Source: Eledone cirrhosa (lineage: Eukaryota). Taken from it: a stretch of DNA of 64,000 bases. The notes beneath the pieces are model-generated. The model was not told the DNA's origin. It saw nothing but the letters and a program-made list of their open reading frames with translations, and did no database searches. The stretch is from assembly GCA_964016885.1 (NCBI GenBank), contig OZ024742.1, forward strand, positions 43,276,001 to 43,340,000, written 5' to 3'. The translations under genes and the position numbers were made by a program. Of the stretch, positions 38,385 through 50,780 are shown piece by piece; positions within the stretch are counted from its first letter, which is position 1, and each line of letters begins with the position of its first letter.

Positions 38385-41300
38385 ATATATAAAGAATGAA
38401 TAATAACAGGTGGACATCATAAAAAGGTAATTTATTCCGTGTGCTTACAAATGTTTCCACGGTGGTACTACAGCCTAGTTATGCTATGTGCAAATTTACA
38501 ACTATTTGCAGAACTCAAATATCCAATGCTGTGACCACTATCAGAGAGTAACCTCTCACCGTACGTCAACCATATCCAGTGTAGTAATTAACCATTACTA
38601 CATCTAGGATAATCCTATACCTAATAATCGCCTCCTACACAGTTGAGCAACCACACCGACACACGGCATTAATATGGAAAGGCATCATATAGGTATGTCA
38701 CTTAAAAACATACCTATACCTAACAAAAGGGAATATATTCTTAGTATGATTCAATGCAATAATGACTTCATTCGGCGTGTACGATGGAAAGCTTTCCATT
38801 TCGATAAAGGACGCGCCAGTCACTCGTCTGAATCATATGGTTTTAAATCATCTAAAAACCCACCCACAAACCCTCATCTCGATGCTTTCGAACAAGATTT
38901 AATGAAAACGACCATGAACATTAAGTTCAACAAACATAGAAATAATGAGCTGCAGAGCAACATGAAAGCACTACTCCGAAGACTGCAAAATACCAATGGA
39001 ATTGTTGTGAAAGCTGACAAGATCTCTAACGTGTATACCATGGATATCGATACGTACAATAACTTCATACGCAACGAACTACACAAAAAATATAGAAAAA
39101 CAAGTGAAACTATGCTAGCAAATATTAACAACGAGGCATACAAAGTGGTGAAGAATCTCAAGATAGACGATAGAACCGAGCCGATTATGCCCGCTACCCC
39201 CACCTTCAACCTGAAGGACCATAAGGTAAATTTTGACTCTAACCCTAAGATTAGACTTATATGCCCTTCTAAATCAGACATAGGAAAAATTAGCAAACAT
39301 ATACTTGACAGAGTAATAACTCAAGTGAAAAAGAAAATTGAAATTAAATTATGGGGCAACACTAGCGAAGCAATTCGCTGGTTTAATAACGTTAAGAATA
39401 AGAATAAATCTAAGTTTATACAATTTGACATAGACGAATACTACTCTTCAATCTCACCAAGCACTTTACGTAAGGCCCTATCGTTTGCTAAAGTCAATTC
39501 CAACCTAACGGAGGACGAAATTAATATTATTTTCGAGGCTAGAAAAACTATTAAGTTTGATAACTGCTACTGGGAACGTAAGGACAGACCCACAAACTTC
39601 GATATTACCATGGGTTCCAACGACTCAGCGGAGGTCATGGATCTTGTTGGAATTTACATAGCCCACATACTACATAGTAAATTTAGTAATCTACAGGGGG
39701 GGATATACAGAGATGACGGGCTCTTATTAGTTAATAACTTGAATAACCAAAATCTTGAAAGGCTACGGATATTTTTAGTGAACACGCTGAATACTATAAT
39801 AATGCATTAAGGAATGCCGACCACCGGGATACAATAGAATACATTGATAAGAATCTCCATAACACACGTAGCTCTACACGAAATCAAGGAATACGTAACC
39901 GGGGGACTAAAATACAAGCGCACACACACAGTACCACCAGACATACTAATAATAGAAAATCACCACCAAATAAATCACGTTGTAGAAAGTATATCTGGTA
40001 TAATCCTATTTTTAATGCCTCGATTAGTACAAAACTATCTCTTTCATTCTTTAAGTTAATCAACAAACATTTCCCTAGTTCCCATAAATACAGCAAAATT
40101 CTGAACTCTAAAACTATTAGACTATCATACTCCACGGCACCAAACCTTGAAGCATACATAAAAAAACTTAACTTAAAGCAATTAAACAACACTACAAAAC
40201 AAAATATTTTAATAACAGATGGGCAGAACGTAATATCTGCCTCCCAACCACTAAATGGGAGGCGGGTATTACACAATCCACCTGTACTGCTATCATAACC
40301 TATCCATGGTATACCCGCTACCCACAACAAAGAATGTAACTGCCATCTACCTGAAAGATGTCCATTGAAGAATGAATGCCTAAAGTCCAACATTGTTTAC
40401 CAATGCACGGTTGAATCGAACGACCAGAAATGGTATTATATCGGATCTACCACCACCTCGTTTAAATCTCGCTGGTACCGTCATCGATTCTCAATCAAAC
40501 ATCTTAATCACCGTTTTGTGACCACGCTCGCCAACAAGACCTGGCAACTCCGTGAACGCAACCAACAGTTCACCTTAAAATGGGATATACTTTCCAGCGC
40601 AAGTGCATATCGGAGTGGATTGAAGTACTGTAGGTTATGTAACCTTGAACTCTTTTACATATTAAAATCCCAAAACAAACTACTTAACGATAGAATTGAA
40701 CGATCATTATACTGCAACCACAAACTAAAAGCTAAATTCTCTCACTATAAAATAGCTTAACATTCGAACCCGTAACTATAACATCGCTTTCTAGCTAACC
40801 ACCTTCTCTTCCCCCACACTACAAGACAATACCTTGCTTATCACTATAAATGGTAACTCAGTGCAATTCGCAGATTACTACTACGAACCCAAAGTTCACT
40901 CACCACATAGACTTCGTCTGTCCCCTCTCTATCTCTCTCTCTCTACATCCATTACACTCTCTCTCGCCTTTGGCCTACCTCCCTCCCTCTCCACATCTAT
41001 GAACCTGCCCTCTGGGGCAATAAATAATTCCGACCTTAACTATCAACGCATCTCTCCAAAAGTAACCAGTATAATAAAACCCCTACCATAACATTTTGAT
41101 TAAGATATCTACAAACCACTCTCTCCTATTTCTCCAACCCCTGCATATCTTTCTCTCTCTCTCCCTCTCCCCTACTTTTCTCTCTTCTTTTTCTACTCTA
41201 TCTTCCCCAACAACCCCACTTAAGGGTATTTACATTGTACATTTTAACCATTCTGCTCTGAGGATACAGTGGTCACAGCATTGGATATTTGAGTTCTGCA

Positions 41301-41556
41301 AATAGTTGTAAATTTGCACATAGCATAACTAGGCTGTAGTACCACCGTGGAAACATTTGTAAGCACACGGAATAAATTAGCTTTTTATGATGTCCACCTG
41401 TTATTCATTCTTTATATACACTCCGGAATACAGAAGGATCAGGAACTAAGTTTCTTCAACAATTCTTCCATAACTCGTAGAGTAATCTCTCACCGTACGT
41501 CAACCATATCCAGTGTAGTAATTAACCATTACTACATCTAGGATAATCCTATACCT

Positions 41557-41562
<6 letters not shown>
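38385..41562 (+). mobile_element. Near-full-length Penelope-like retroelement (RT plus GIY-YIG, pseudo-LTRs); defective
   Basis: RT 38674-39810 (FIQFDI..YY, MGS.D.AEV.DLVG, IYRDDGL). GIY-YIG 40365-40760 (IVYQC...YYIGS...FK.RW..H, CRLC.LE). Inverted repeat 38385-38539 / 41268-41418 and direct repeat 38545-38628 / 41479-41562. Internal deletion/frameshift near 39768 and a TAA near 40295. Confidence 0.93.
41254..41365 (+). ncRNA. Type I hammerhead ribozyme in the Penelope pLTR
   Basis: tgct-CTGAGGA-tacagtggt...accaccgtg-GAAA-cattt-GTA-agca: intact core, stems I-III, predicted cleavage after 41361. Confidence 0.8.
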
Positions 41563-41621
<59 letters not shown>

Positions 41622-42520
41622 CGAGGTGTGTCAGAAAAGTTCCAGGACTGATGTCACAAAAGATTTATTTCAAACCCAAACTTCACACTAAGAGTTTTCT
41701 CCTTCAAAGTAATCTCCCTGGAGTCTAATGCACTTTTCCATCCTTTTCTGCCACGCTTGCATGCACTCCTGGAAGGATTCTTCCGCGATCCTCTGCAGTT
41801 ATGTCGTCACGGCCTTTTTGATGTCGTTCACATCTTCAAAACGGGTCCCCTCCAGGTCGTACTCGAAGATCCCTGACTCATCACTGGTGATGACTGTCCC
41901 CAGCAAGTCTGGTTCGGTTTCAAGACGCTCGAGGATGTCCTGGCACACTTGCATGCGTCGACCTTTCTGGTTATCGTTCAGCAGTTTTGGCACCATCTTC
42001 GCGCAGACTTTCCACATGTCCAAATCTTCAGTGAGAATCTTCCAGATGCTGTCCCGATTCATGCTCAGCTCATTTGCCATCAGTCGAACAGTCAGCCGAC
42101 GATCGCTACGCACCATCTGCCTGACGCGCTCAACGTTGACCTCAGTCCTGGTTGTTGAGGGCCTTCCACTCCTGGGGTCATCTTCCACGTTATCGCGACC
42201 TTCTTTAAACCTCTTGCACCACTCAAAAACACATGAGCGTGACATCGTCTTATCTCCATACACTTGCTGCAGCGGAGTTTGCCCCAACCGTACCAGAAAC
42301 TTCAAGTTTGATCGTTGCTCTGTGCTCATTGCTTGACGACCTGAAACAAAGGACATGTATATAAAATTATGGAGAAAAAAGTTTGATCGCTGCAGAGAGC
42401 TAAGATTACAGTTACATACTCCAGGGGGATTACTTTGAAGGAGAAAACTCTTAGTATGAAGTTTGGGTTTGAAATAAATCTTTTGTGACATCAGTCCTGG
42501 AACTTTTCTGACACACCTCG
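41622..42520 (-). mobile_element. Internally deleted mariner transposon, TA TSD, ~100-bp TIRs
   Basis: TA|cgaggtgtgtcagaaaagttcc ... ggaacttttctgacacacctcg|TA. Transposase has the HTH (W.KRFKEGR..VEDD.RSGRP), MVPKLL and ITSDES, but the DDE core is deleted. A second decayed fragment lies at 42530-42830. Confidence 0.92.
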
Positions 42521-42854
42521 TATATATACTGTGTCAGTAAAGAAACAGGACTTTGGCTGAAATAGTCCCCTTCGAGTCTAACACTTTCTTATCCTTTTCC
42601 ACCATGCACTGCTGAAAGGATTCTCCCAGGATTCTCTGCACCTCCATTGTCACAGCCCTCTTCATTGCTTCCACATCCACATCCGGAAATTGAGCTATAC
42701 TCAACGATCCATGTCTTCTCACCAGTGATGACTCTCCCCAGCAAGTCTGGATCAGTTTCAAGATGCTCGAGGATGTCCTGAAACACCTGCATACAGCAGC
42801 TTCAGCACCATCTTTGTGCAGTATTGTTTGTCTTTCTCTATCTTTCTCCCTGTT

Positions 42855-42895
<41 letters not shown>

Positions 42896-42897
42896 AT

Positions 42898-43216
42898 ATA
42901 AGTTGAGGGTGAAACTGTGTATAAGAGGGATACACTGTAGTGTGCGGGAGAGAAGACTGCGTTGGTATGGCCATGTGATGCACATGGAAGATGACCACTG
43001 GGTGAAGAAGTGGCAAGAAATCCTGGTGGAAGGAAGACACAGTAGAGGAAGACCACAAAAGAAATGTGTGGAAGTGGTGAGAGCTGACCACAGATCACTG
43101 AAGCTCATAGAGGAGATGATGAGGGACTGTGACGAATGGAGAGATGCTGTGCTGAAGAGGACCCGTCCCACCCTTGTAAGCAAGGAAAAGCGGATGTAAA
43201 ATGATGATGATGATGA
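42898..43216 (+). mobile_element. RTE family B 3' fragment (others at 49080-49230 + and ~49960-50300 -)
   Basis: ERRLRWYGHV...GRP.K...KRTRPT with a (GAT)n tail; matches 640-953. Confidence 0.85.
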
Positions 43217-43338
43217 TACACGTATATATATATATAAGTATGCATATGTACACACATATATACACAGACATATATATATATACACACACACACATACACA
43301 TATATACATATACATATGTACGTATGGGTTATATCGAA

Positions 43339-46300
43339 TCATCATCATCACCGTTTAATGTCCATCTTCCACGCAAGTATGGGTTAGACGGGAGTTGTGT
43401 CACTTGAGGCATGGTTGGTCGGGTGACCGTGTCTCGCTCGTATAGGACTATCTGGCAGGCTTTCTACGGCTGGATGCCCTTCCTAACACCAACCACATTT
43501 ACAGTGTGGAGCTGGGAACTTTTTACCGTGTTACCTACACGGCCACATTACAGCGTGGATTGTGAGTAGTTTTTTTTTTCTTGTGACACCTACACGATCT
43601 CGATCTCATTATCTCATTTATTTGGACTGGATGTTGTGGTACCAACTTTACAGAGAGAGGGTGGTGTTGTGGGAGTGGGAGGATAGGGTAGTGGATTGGG
43701 GTGTATATTTGGTTAAGAGAGGCCTACTGACTGTAGGTTTCACTTTGTACATAGGCAAGGCGGGTCTTCTGTATTACTGCGTAGCGCCAAAGATCTCGGT
43801 CCAGTGACATTGTCTTAGAGAGATGTAAGTGTGTAAGGTCGGAATTTATCAGATCGTCCCAGGTTTTTCTGGGTCTACCTACTCCGTAACTATCATCAAT
43901 TTTGATTGCCCTGCACTTTTTTATGCAGCTGTCGTCTTTCATGCGTATCACGTGACCGTACCAACGTAGTCTTCTCTCGAGTAAACAACATCTGATCCCT
44001 CTTATTCCTAATTTCTCACTTAGTTCATTTATGCTTTGCCGTTCACGTATATTACTATTACACATCCAACGGAGCATGCAAGCTTCGTTCCTTTCCAGTC
44101 TGCGCAGGTCCTCTGCACACAATGCCCATGTCTCACTGCCATGTAGCATTGCTGTTCGTATACAGGCATCATACAATCTGCCTTTCATTTTTAGAGAGAA
44201 ACCTTTTGTGGCCAACAGCGGTATAAGCTCTCTGAACTTTTTCCATCCCGTTCTGACTCTAGCTACCGTACTTTCAGAACACCCTCCACCACTGCTGATT
44301 TCGTCACCCAGGTAACGGAAAGTGTCTACTATTTCTATAGAACCATCTGGGCAATAGAAGGAGCTAGTATCCTGTGGACACCTGCTACTTATTGCACCTG
44401 AGCATTGGCCACATATAAAGTCTACGTTCTTAGATAGTTTACCCGTGATCCCACTAGATCTTTTATGTACCCATAATTTGCATTTGGGGCATAAAATGGA
44501 ATTTCTGTCTACTCCTTTCCTACGCACTGAGCATGGCCATTTTCCTTTCTACAAACTAGAACTTTAGTCTTAGACAAGTTAACTTTAAGGCCTTTTGATT
44601 CTAGGCCATGTTTCCATGTTTGGAATTTCTTCTCTAGTTCAGCCATTGATTCAGTTATGAGCGTTAGATCATCTGCGTATAGGAGTTCCCATGGACAGCC
44701 GGTCTTGAAATTCTCTGTTATAGCCTGAAGGGCAATAATAAATAAGAGGGGGCTAAGGACCGAGCCTTGATGAACGCCAACTTTTACACTAAATTCTTCA
44801 CAATATTCATTGTTAATTCTAACCTTACTGACTGTTTCATTATACATAGCTTGTATAGCTCTCACAAGCCATTCATCTACACCTAGTTTTCTAAGAGTCC
44901 ACCAGATAATGGAGTGGGGGACTCTGTCAAAAGGCTTTCTCCAAGTCAACAAAAGCTAAGTAGAGGGGTTTACTTTTAGCTAGGTACTTCTCTTGTAGTT
45001 ATCGTACAAGGAAAAGAGTGTCTGTAGTACTTTTACCTGACGCAAGCCCAAACTGCATTTCATCTAGATCAATTCGCTCTCTGATTAGTTGCGCTATAAC
45101 TCTTTCTGTGACCTTCATGACCTGGTCAACTAACTTAATGTCTCTATAGTTTGCCCTATCTAGAGCATCCCCTTTACCCTTGTAGCAGTTAATGATGATG
45201 CTGCTACGCCAGTCTTTCGGTATGACCCCATTCTGTAATACTTGGTTAACTATACGGGTGACCATAGTGTGTCCCACCATACCGGATGCCTTCAACATCT
45301 CAGCAACTATCTCCGAAGGCCCAGCCGCCTTGCCTGTCTTCATATTTTTGATTGCCTTACTTATTATACTACCTTTAACTTGCATTGCTTGTCCTTCTAT
45401 TGCATTGATTTGGAGCAGACTATCTTTTTCCCATTTATTCTCCTCATTTAATAGTCTCTTGTAGTGACACTTCCAGGCTATCTTCTTATCAGTATCAGTG
45501 AGGGCAAGTACACCGTTATCATTATGGACACACTTCTCCCCGACAATATCACAGTTTTCCTTGACACATTGTCTAGCAATCCTGAACACCTCACGTTTTT
45601 GGTCCTCGCGTTGTAGAACATGCTTGAACTTTCTATCCTCTGCTTTCCTTTTTGCAAGGTACACTTGTCTCCTAGCTTCTCTCCTGGCCACTTGATAGTG
45701 CTCTCTACTTCCCCCATCCTGCCATACTTTCCAAGCCTGCCTTTTGGCCTCGATTGTCTCTTCTACCTTACTGTTCCACCACCAAGTTACTCTCCTGCCA
45801 ATAGGTCTGCTCCAGCCACAGATTTCATCCATTGCTTTCAGCAGGTTTACTTTCAAGTATTACCACTGTTCCTCTATATCGTACGTCTCTAATTCCTCTT
45901 CCTTATTGTCAAAGGCATCAAGTAATAAGTTTTTAAATTTGTCACTGGCTATGGGGTCCTTCAACTTCCATATTCTTCTCCTCAAGGTAGGTCTCCTCTG
46001 TCGTCAAGTATGTCTATTTCTGACTATGAGGTCACTAACTACTAGGCTATGTTGGGAAGTGCATTCTTCACAGGGGAAGGATTTAGTGTTTACAACAGAC
46101 ACTTTGTCCCGTCTTCTAGTAAGGATATAATCTATCCCCTGATCTATAGGTGATCAAGTGGTTTTCACGTTTTTTGAAGTTTGTGTTACAGATAGTTAGG
46201 CTATTTGCGTCACAGAATTCGAGGATTCTGAAGCCTTCCTCATTTCTATTTCCAACCCCATAGCCTCCATGGATTCCATCATAGCCATCACTATGTTGTC

Positions 46301-46965
46301 CAACGTGACCGTTTAGATCGCCAGCAATAATTAAGTAGTCGCTGTCGGTTATTTAGGAGGTAGTGTGCATTAACATCTCATAGAACCTGTCCTTTATAAC
46401 GTCAGGTAGACCAGATTGGGGTGCATAAGCGGATATTATTGTCACAGTAGTTCTATTTAGAACTAGTCTTAATTTAATTATTCTGTCATTCACTCTATTT
46501 ACGTCAATTACCTCATCTACCCATTTTTCAGCTAGCATAATTCCTACACCACCCTGTCCGATGTCATTTCCCACCCAGAAAAGTTTATAGCATCGTTTTT
46601 TACCCACGATGAATCTAGCAGACCCCACTCTCCACCTAGTCACTTGAATACAACAAACATCAACTTCTTTACGTTCAAGCATCTCTACAACCTCATTTGA
46701 GTGACCTTTCAATGTGCCTACGTTCATGGTACCAACTCTGAAGTTGGGAAGGTGGGATGGAGGGGCAGGGAGGTGTGTGGGAGACGGAATTTTGTTGGTC
46801 ATTCGTGTCTGAAATAAAGAGGGGTCCTTGTATTCTCGTCTTGCGGTGGGAGGTGAATTTATCTTTATCTTTATCTGTGACATTGTCATAGACTTTCCAT
46901 ATTTCCGCACTTAGAGTGGGTCGACTGCGGAAAGACAAGTATTTTGCTTACATTCTTAAAATCGA
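43339..46965 (-). mobile_element. Apparently full-length RTE family A LINE (~3.6 kb): APE, RT, PHD-like finger, 3'UTR; disrupted
   Basis: ORF pieces 46353-46910 (GTMNVGTL, GGVGIML, ISAYAPQ), 44999-45856, 44509-44952 (LYADD) and 43724-44527. Short 5'UTR and (GAT)n tail. Confidence 0.95.
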
Positions 46966-47045
46966 CATATAAACTACATACACACATGCCACTCACACAC
47001 CAACACTCATGCATACAAACACATACACCACTCACACACACAAAC

Positions 47046-47101
<56 letters not shown>

Positions 47102-48065
47102 CCGTCAGTACTGATACAAAATCAAAATCATGTTAACTGTGATGGTGGTGGTGGAATGGAGCCAGTGATGGTAGTGGGTGTTGTTGTTGTCGTTGTTATT
47201 GTTGTTGTTGCTGTTGTTGTTGCTGCTGCCGTTGTTGTTCATCATTTCACTGCTGCTGCTGCTGCTGCAGACAATGGTGTTGTTGTTGCTGTTATTGTAG
47301 TCGCAGGGTCGAAATTTTGAAATTCATTTGCTTCGCATGTGTGATATATACACATACATATATATACATACACATATATATAAATACATACATACACACA
47401 CATTCAACACAGACAATGGTGTTGTTGCTGCTGTTGTTGTAGTTGCTGTTGTAGTTGTTGCTGTGTTGAAATCTGGTCGCATCCACTGTGATATATATAT
47501 ACATACATATATACACACACATACAAATATATATATATATATACACATACATACATCAAAGGAGTTAGCAGTTTGTCAACAGTCAACAGGCAGGTCAGCC
47601 AGCTGAGATAGGGTGATGGTGGGGAGCAAGTGTAGATGTTATTGTTATTGTGGTGGCGGGGGGCAGTGAGATGTACAAGTTCATAGTTCACTTGTCCCTT
47701 TTCCTCTCTTTTCAAAATTTGAATTTATGGCCTTTTGCAATGGCGGACAAGTAAGCGTAAAATGTAAATTTTTAAATAGAGATTGCTCAGGAAGAATATA
47801 TGGAATATTTCTGTAGCTTCCACAGCTTTTATCAGAACGTTTCCCGGCTTCCAATGAGCAAAAATTATTGTTGTATTTTGGTCTTTCAGAATACGAAAAT
47901 TAATAAAAACTTACCCCCACGAAAAACCGTGTGTTGTCCTATCTATGAGCTCCCTATCAAATATTAATAATAATATTTGATTTGTTGAAAACAAATGGCC
48001 CGATTAAAGTTGTGCCATGCCGATGACAAATCGTCATCCATTTGTTCAACATTGGCATTGAGGAA

Positions 48066-48106
48066 CAATCAACATGTTTCTGGGTCATTACTCTTCATCA
48101 GGACTG
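48066..48106 (-). ncRNA. Second copy of the minimal hammerhead, inverted
   Basis: Reverse complement reads cagtc-CTGATGA-agagtaatgaccca-GAAACATGTT-gattg, with one stem II mismatch. Confidence 0.6.
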
Positions 48107-48425
48107 TATACTTCTGCCAATCTGTTGAACAGTTGAACATATATTGTATTTTCTTAAGTATACATCGGCTGAGTAACCTCATTTGCATACCGAGTGAGTT
48201 TGATTGTGTGTGTGTGTATATATATATATATCACCATCATCATCATTTAATGTCCATCTTCCACGTTAGCATGTACTAGGATGAGAAATAAAATTCTAAT
48301 TTTATTTTTAGTTTTCAGCATGGTCAGCCGTAACTTGCTCGGTATGCAAATGAGGCTACTCAGCCGATGTGTTCTTAAGAAAGTACTATATATTTTCAAC
48401 CATTCAACAGATTGGCAGAAGTATA

Positions 48426-48466
48426 CAGTCCTGATGAAGGGTAATGACCCAGAAACATGTTGATTG
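48426..48466 (+). ncRNA. Minimal type I hammerhead ribozyme (Penelope/retrozyme type)
   Basis: cagtc-CTGATGA-a-gggt-aatg-accc-a-GAAACATGTT-gattg. Palindromic AACATGTT stem III, GUU triplet. Confidence 0.7.
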
Positions 48467-48713
48467 TTCCTCAAAGCCAGTGTTGAACAAATGGATCATG
48501 GTTTGTTTACAAACGAATAGAATATTATTATCAATGTTCGATATCACCCTTATGTATATGTATATATGCATGTATATATATATATATATGTATTTACACA
48601 TACACACACACACACACATATATGTGTGTATATATATATGTGCGTGTGTGTGTACGTATGCATACTGATATTTAAGTATCAGCTGTGCTAGGGCAAGAAA
48701 TAAAATTCTAATT

Positions 48714-48760
<47 letters not shown>

Positions 48761-48928
48761 AGGTATTTCAGAAAAGTAAAAGGACTTGGTGTGCTGTGTG
48801 AGCAGATAGTATCAACAATGGAAAGTCCAATGGAAAAATGGTCTCCTTGGTCCAGTCAGATGATTGGCTCCTTTCATATTTATTTGTTTTGATTATAAAT
48901 ATACAACAGTATATTTATTTATTTTCAG

Positions 48929-49044
48929 GAAACAGCACTCATAATATGCTATGTGAACGACGAGACCAGTATAAATCTGTTGCTATCAATGCCAAGAAGT
49001 CTGGTGATATATCTGCTGCTACGAAATATGCACATGTAGCAAAG
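48929..49044 (+). CDS. CC2D1: CC2D1 exon 7, DM14 repeat 2 (NSTHNMLCERRDQYKSVAINAKKSGDISAATKYAHVAK)
   Basis: tttcag acceptor, AAG|GTATTG donor. L..R...YK..A..AK..GD...A DM14 motif. Phase 1/0. Confidence 0.93.
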
Positions 49045-50695
49045 GTATTGTATTATATTACATATATGTGGGTGTGTACAAGAAAAACATGGACGAAGGG
49101 GTGAGAGCAGACCTCAGATCGCTGAAACTCACGATGGAGATGACGAAGGACCGTGATAAGTAGAGAGATGCTGTGCTGAATAGGACCCGTCGCACCCTTA
49201 CAAGCAGGGAAAAGCGGACATAAAATGATAGGAACACCGGAGTATTTTTAGAATAAGGAAATACAAAGTAGTTTAGATGTTAAAGTCCTTTATTGATAAG
49301 GCTGTGATACATATTTCGATGACGACAGTGACCACGTGATTCCGTGTAGTACCCAGTGCCATGATCTCATCAGACAGCTTTTTACATAATAAGGTTTCAA
49401 TCAGGAGGTAATCCAAAATTGAAGTGACAAGGGAACGGACAAACATGATGTTCATGAAGCGAATGCCTATTCCCCTGTGAGCTTCAATACACGCCAACAG
49501 GTTTGCGCCTGTGTAATGTGGGATATATAGCTGACTACTATTGCAAAACAGGATAATTTGCTATGATATTTGGTTGTGGACTTAATCCATTGCACAATTT
49601 AACACCACCATCTAACCCTGAGTATCTTTAGCAGAGTCCACTCTTCTGTAGGCATTGTCAGGTCTTCTGCAGGTATGGTCAAGTCTTCAGATTCAGGATA
49701 CTTTCCTCTCTTCCTCTCCTCTTGAAGGCTCTGTAAAGTATCATGGCTACTCTACTGCCTTTCTCTCCCTAACTAAATAGTAAAAATATATAGCCCACTC
49801 TTACAAATATTGTATAAATACAGAAAAAAATGAGATGTGAATAATGAGCCCTTCAGAAAATATATAGGGAGCTTCCAACTTATACAAGTTTCTAGAAAAG
49901 TGCAACCTGTGAATAAAACAAGGCAAGAGGCTTGTTCCACAAATCCATATTGGTCGTCATCATCATTATCATCACATCCACTTCTCCATGATTACTTGGC
50001 TTAGATGGGTTTTTTTCCAGTACAGATTCCTTTTACATGTTGTATTCCTTCATCTCCCCTGAAGTTCAGCATTCTGAGATCAGCTCTCATTACTCCTATC
50101 CAAGTTTTCCTCAGTATTTCCTTTTCTGCAGCTTCCTTCCATTGGAAACACTTGGCACTCCTTCACCCAATAATCATCATCCATACACATCATGTATCTT
50201 TCTCAGCACAATCTATCTCTTGCACACTGCATCTGATTTCTCTTCTGCCCAGTTTTTCTTTCAGTTTGTCGGTGCTTGATTATTGATACACATTAACATT
50301 GTATGTATGGACCCATAACTCCTGATGAAGTCATAGGGGCACTGTAGTGACATATGGCATGCCGCGAATATATATATATATTTTTTTTAATCCAGCTAAG
50401 CTCATCCTCTCTCCAGGTCTGAACACAGCTGATTTCTTCCAGTGAAGAAGAAAGAGTGATAAAGAAGAAGTAAGAAATAGATATAGAAAAAGAATTGACC
50501 CCAGTACTGGACTGGTACTTTTTTTTATCAATCTCGAAATGATGAAAGGCAAAGTTGAGTATGACAAGATTTGAACACAGAATGTAGAGAGCCGAAATGG
50601 ATACTGCAAACCATTCTAACTAACCTTCTAACAACTCTGTCAATTTGCCACCTGCACATTAACATTACTGAATTGTTACTTTTTTCATATTCCAG

Positions 50696-50780
50696 CAATT
50701 TGAAAATGTTATCAAAGCCCTTGGAGAGAACAAACCTATTGACCTCTCAAAGATGCCACCCCCACCTCCTGGTTACAAAG
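50696..50780 (+). CDS. CC2D1: CC2D1 exon 8 (QFENVIKALGENKPIDLSKMPPPPPGYK)
   Basis: ttccag acceptor, G|GTTTGT donor. F..V..AL....P.DLS..PPPP ends DM14 repeat 2. Phase 0/1. Confidence 0.92.

Noticed and set aside
39810-40760. Selenocysteine recoding in the PLE
   Set aside because: The linker and nuclease cysteines use TGT/TGC. The interruptions seen are a deletion/frameshift and a TAA, not an in-frame TGA.
47009-47715. Poly-V/A/Q/T and IYIY ORFs (also 19695-20009, 43095-43407 and others)
   Set aside because: These are translations of (GTT)n, (GCT)n, (TA)n and (CA)n microsatellites, with no splice or homology support.
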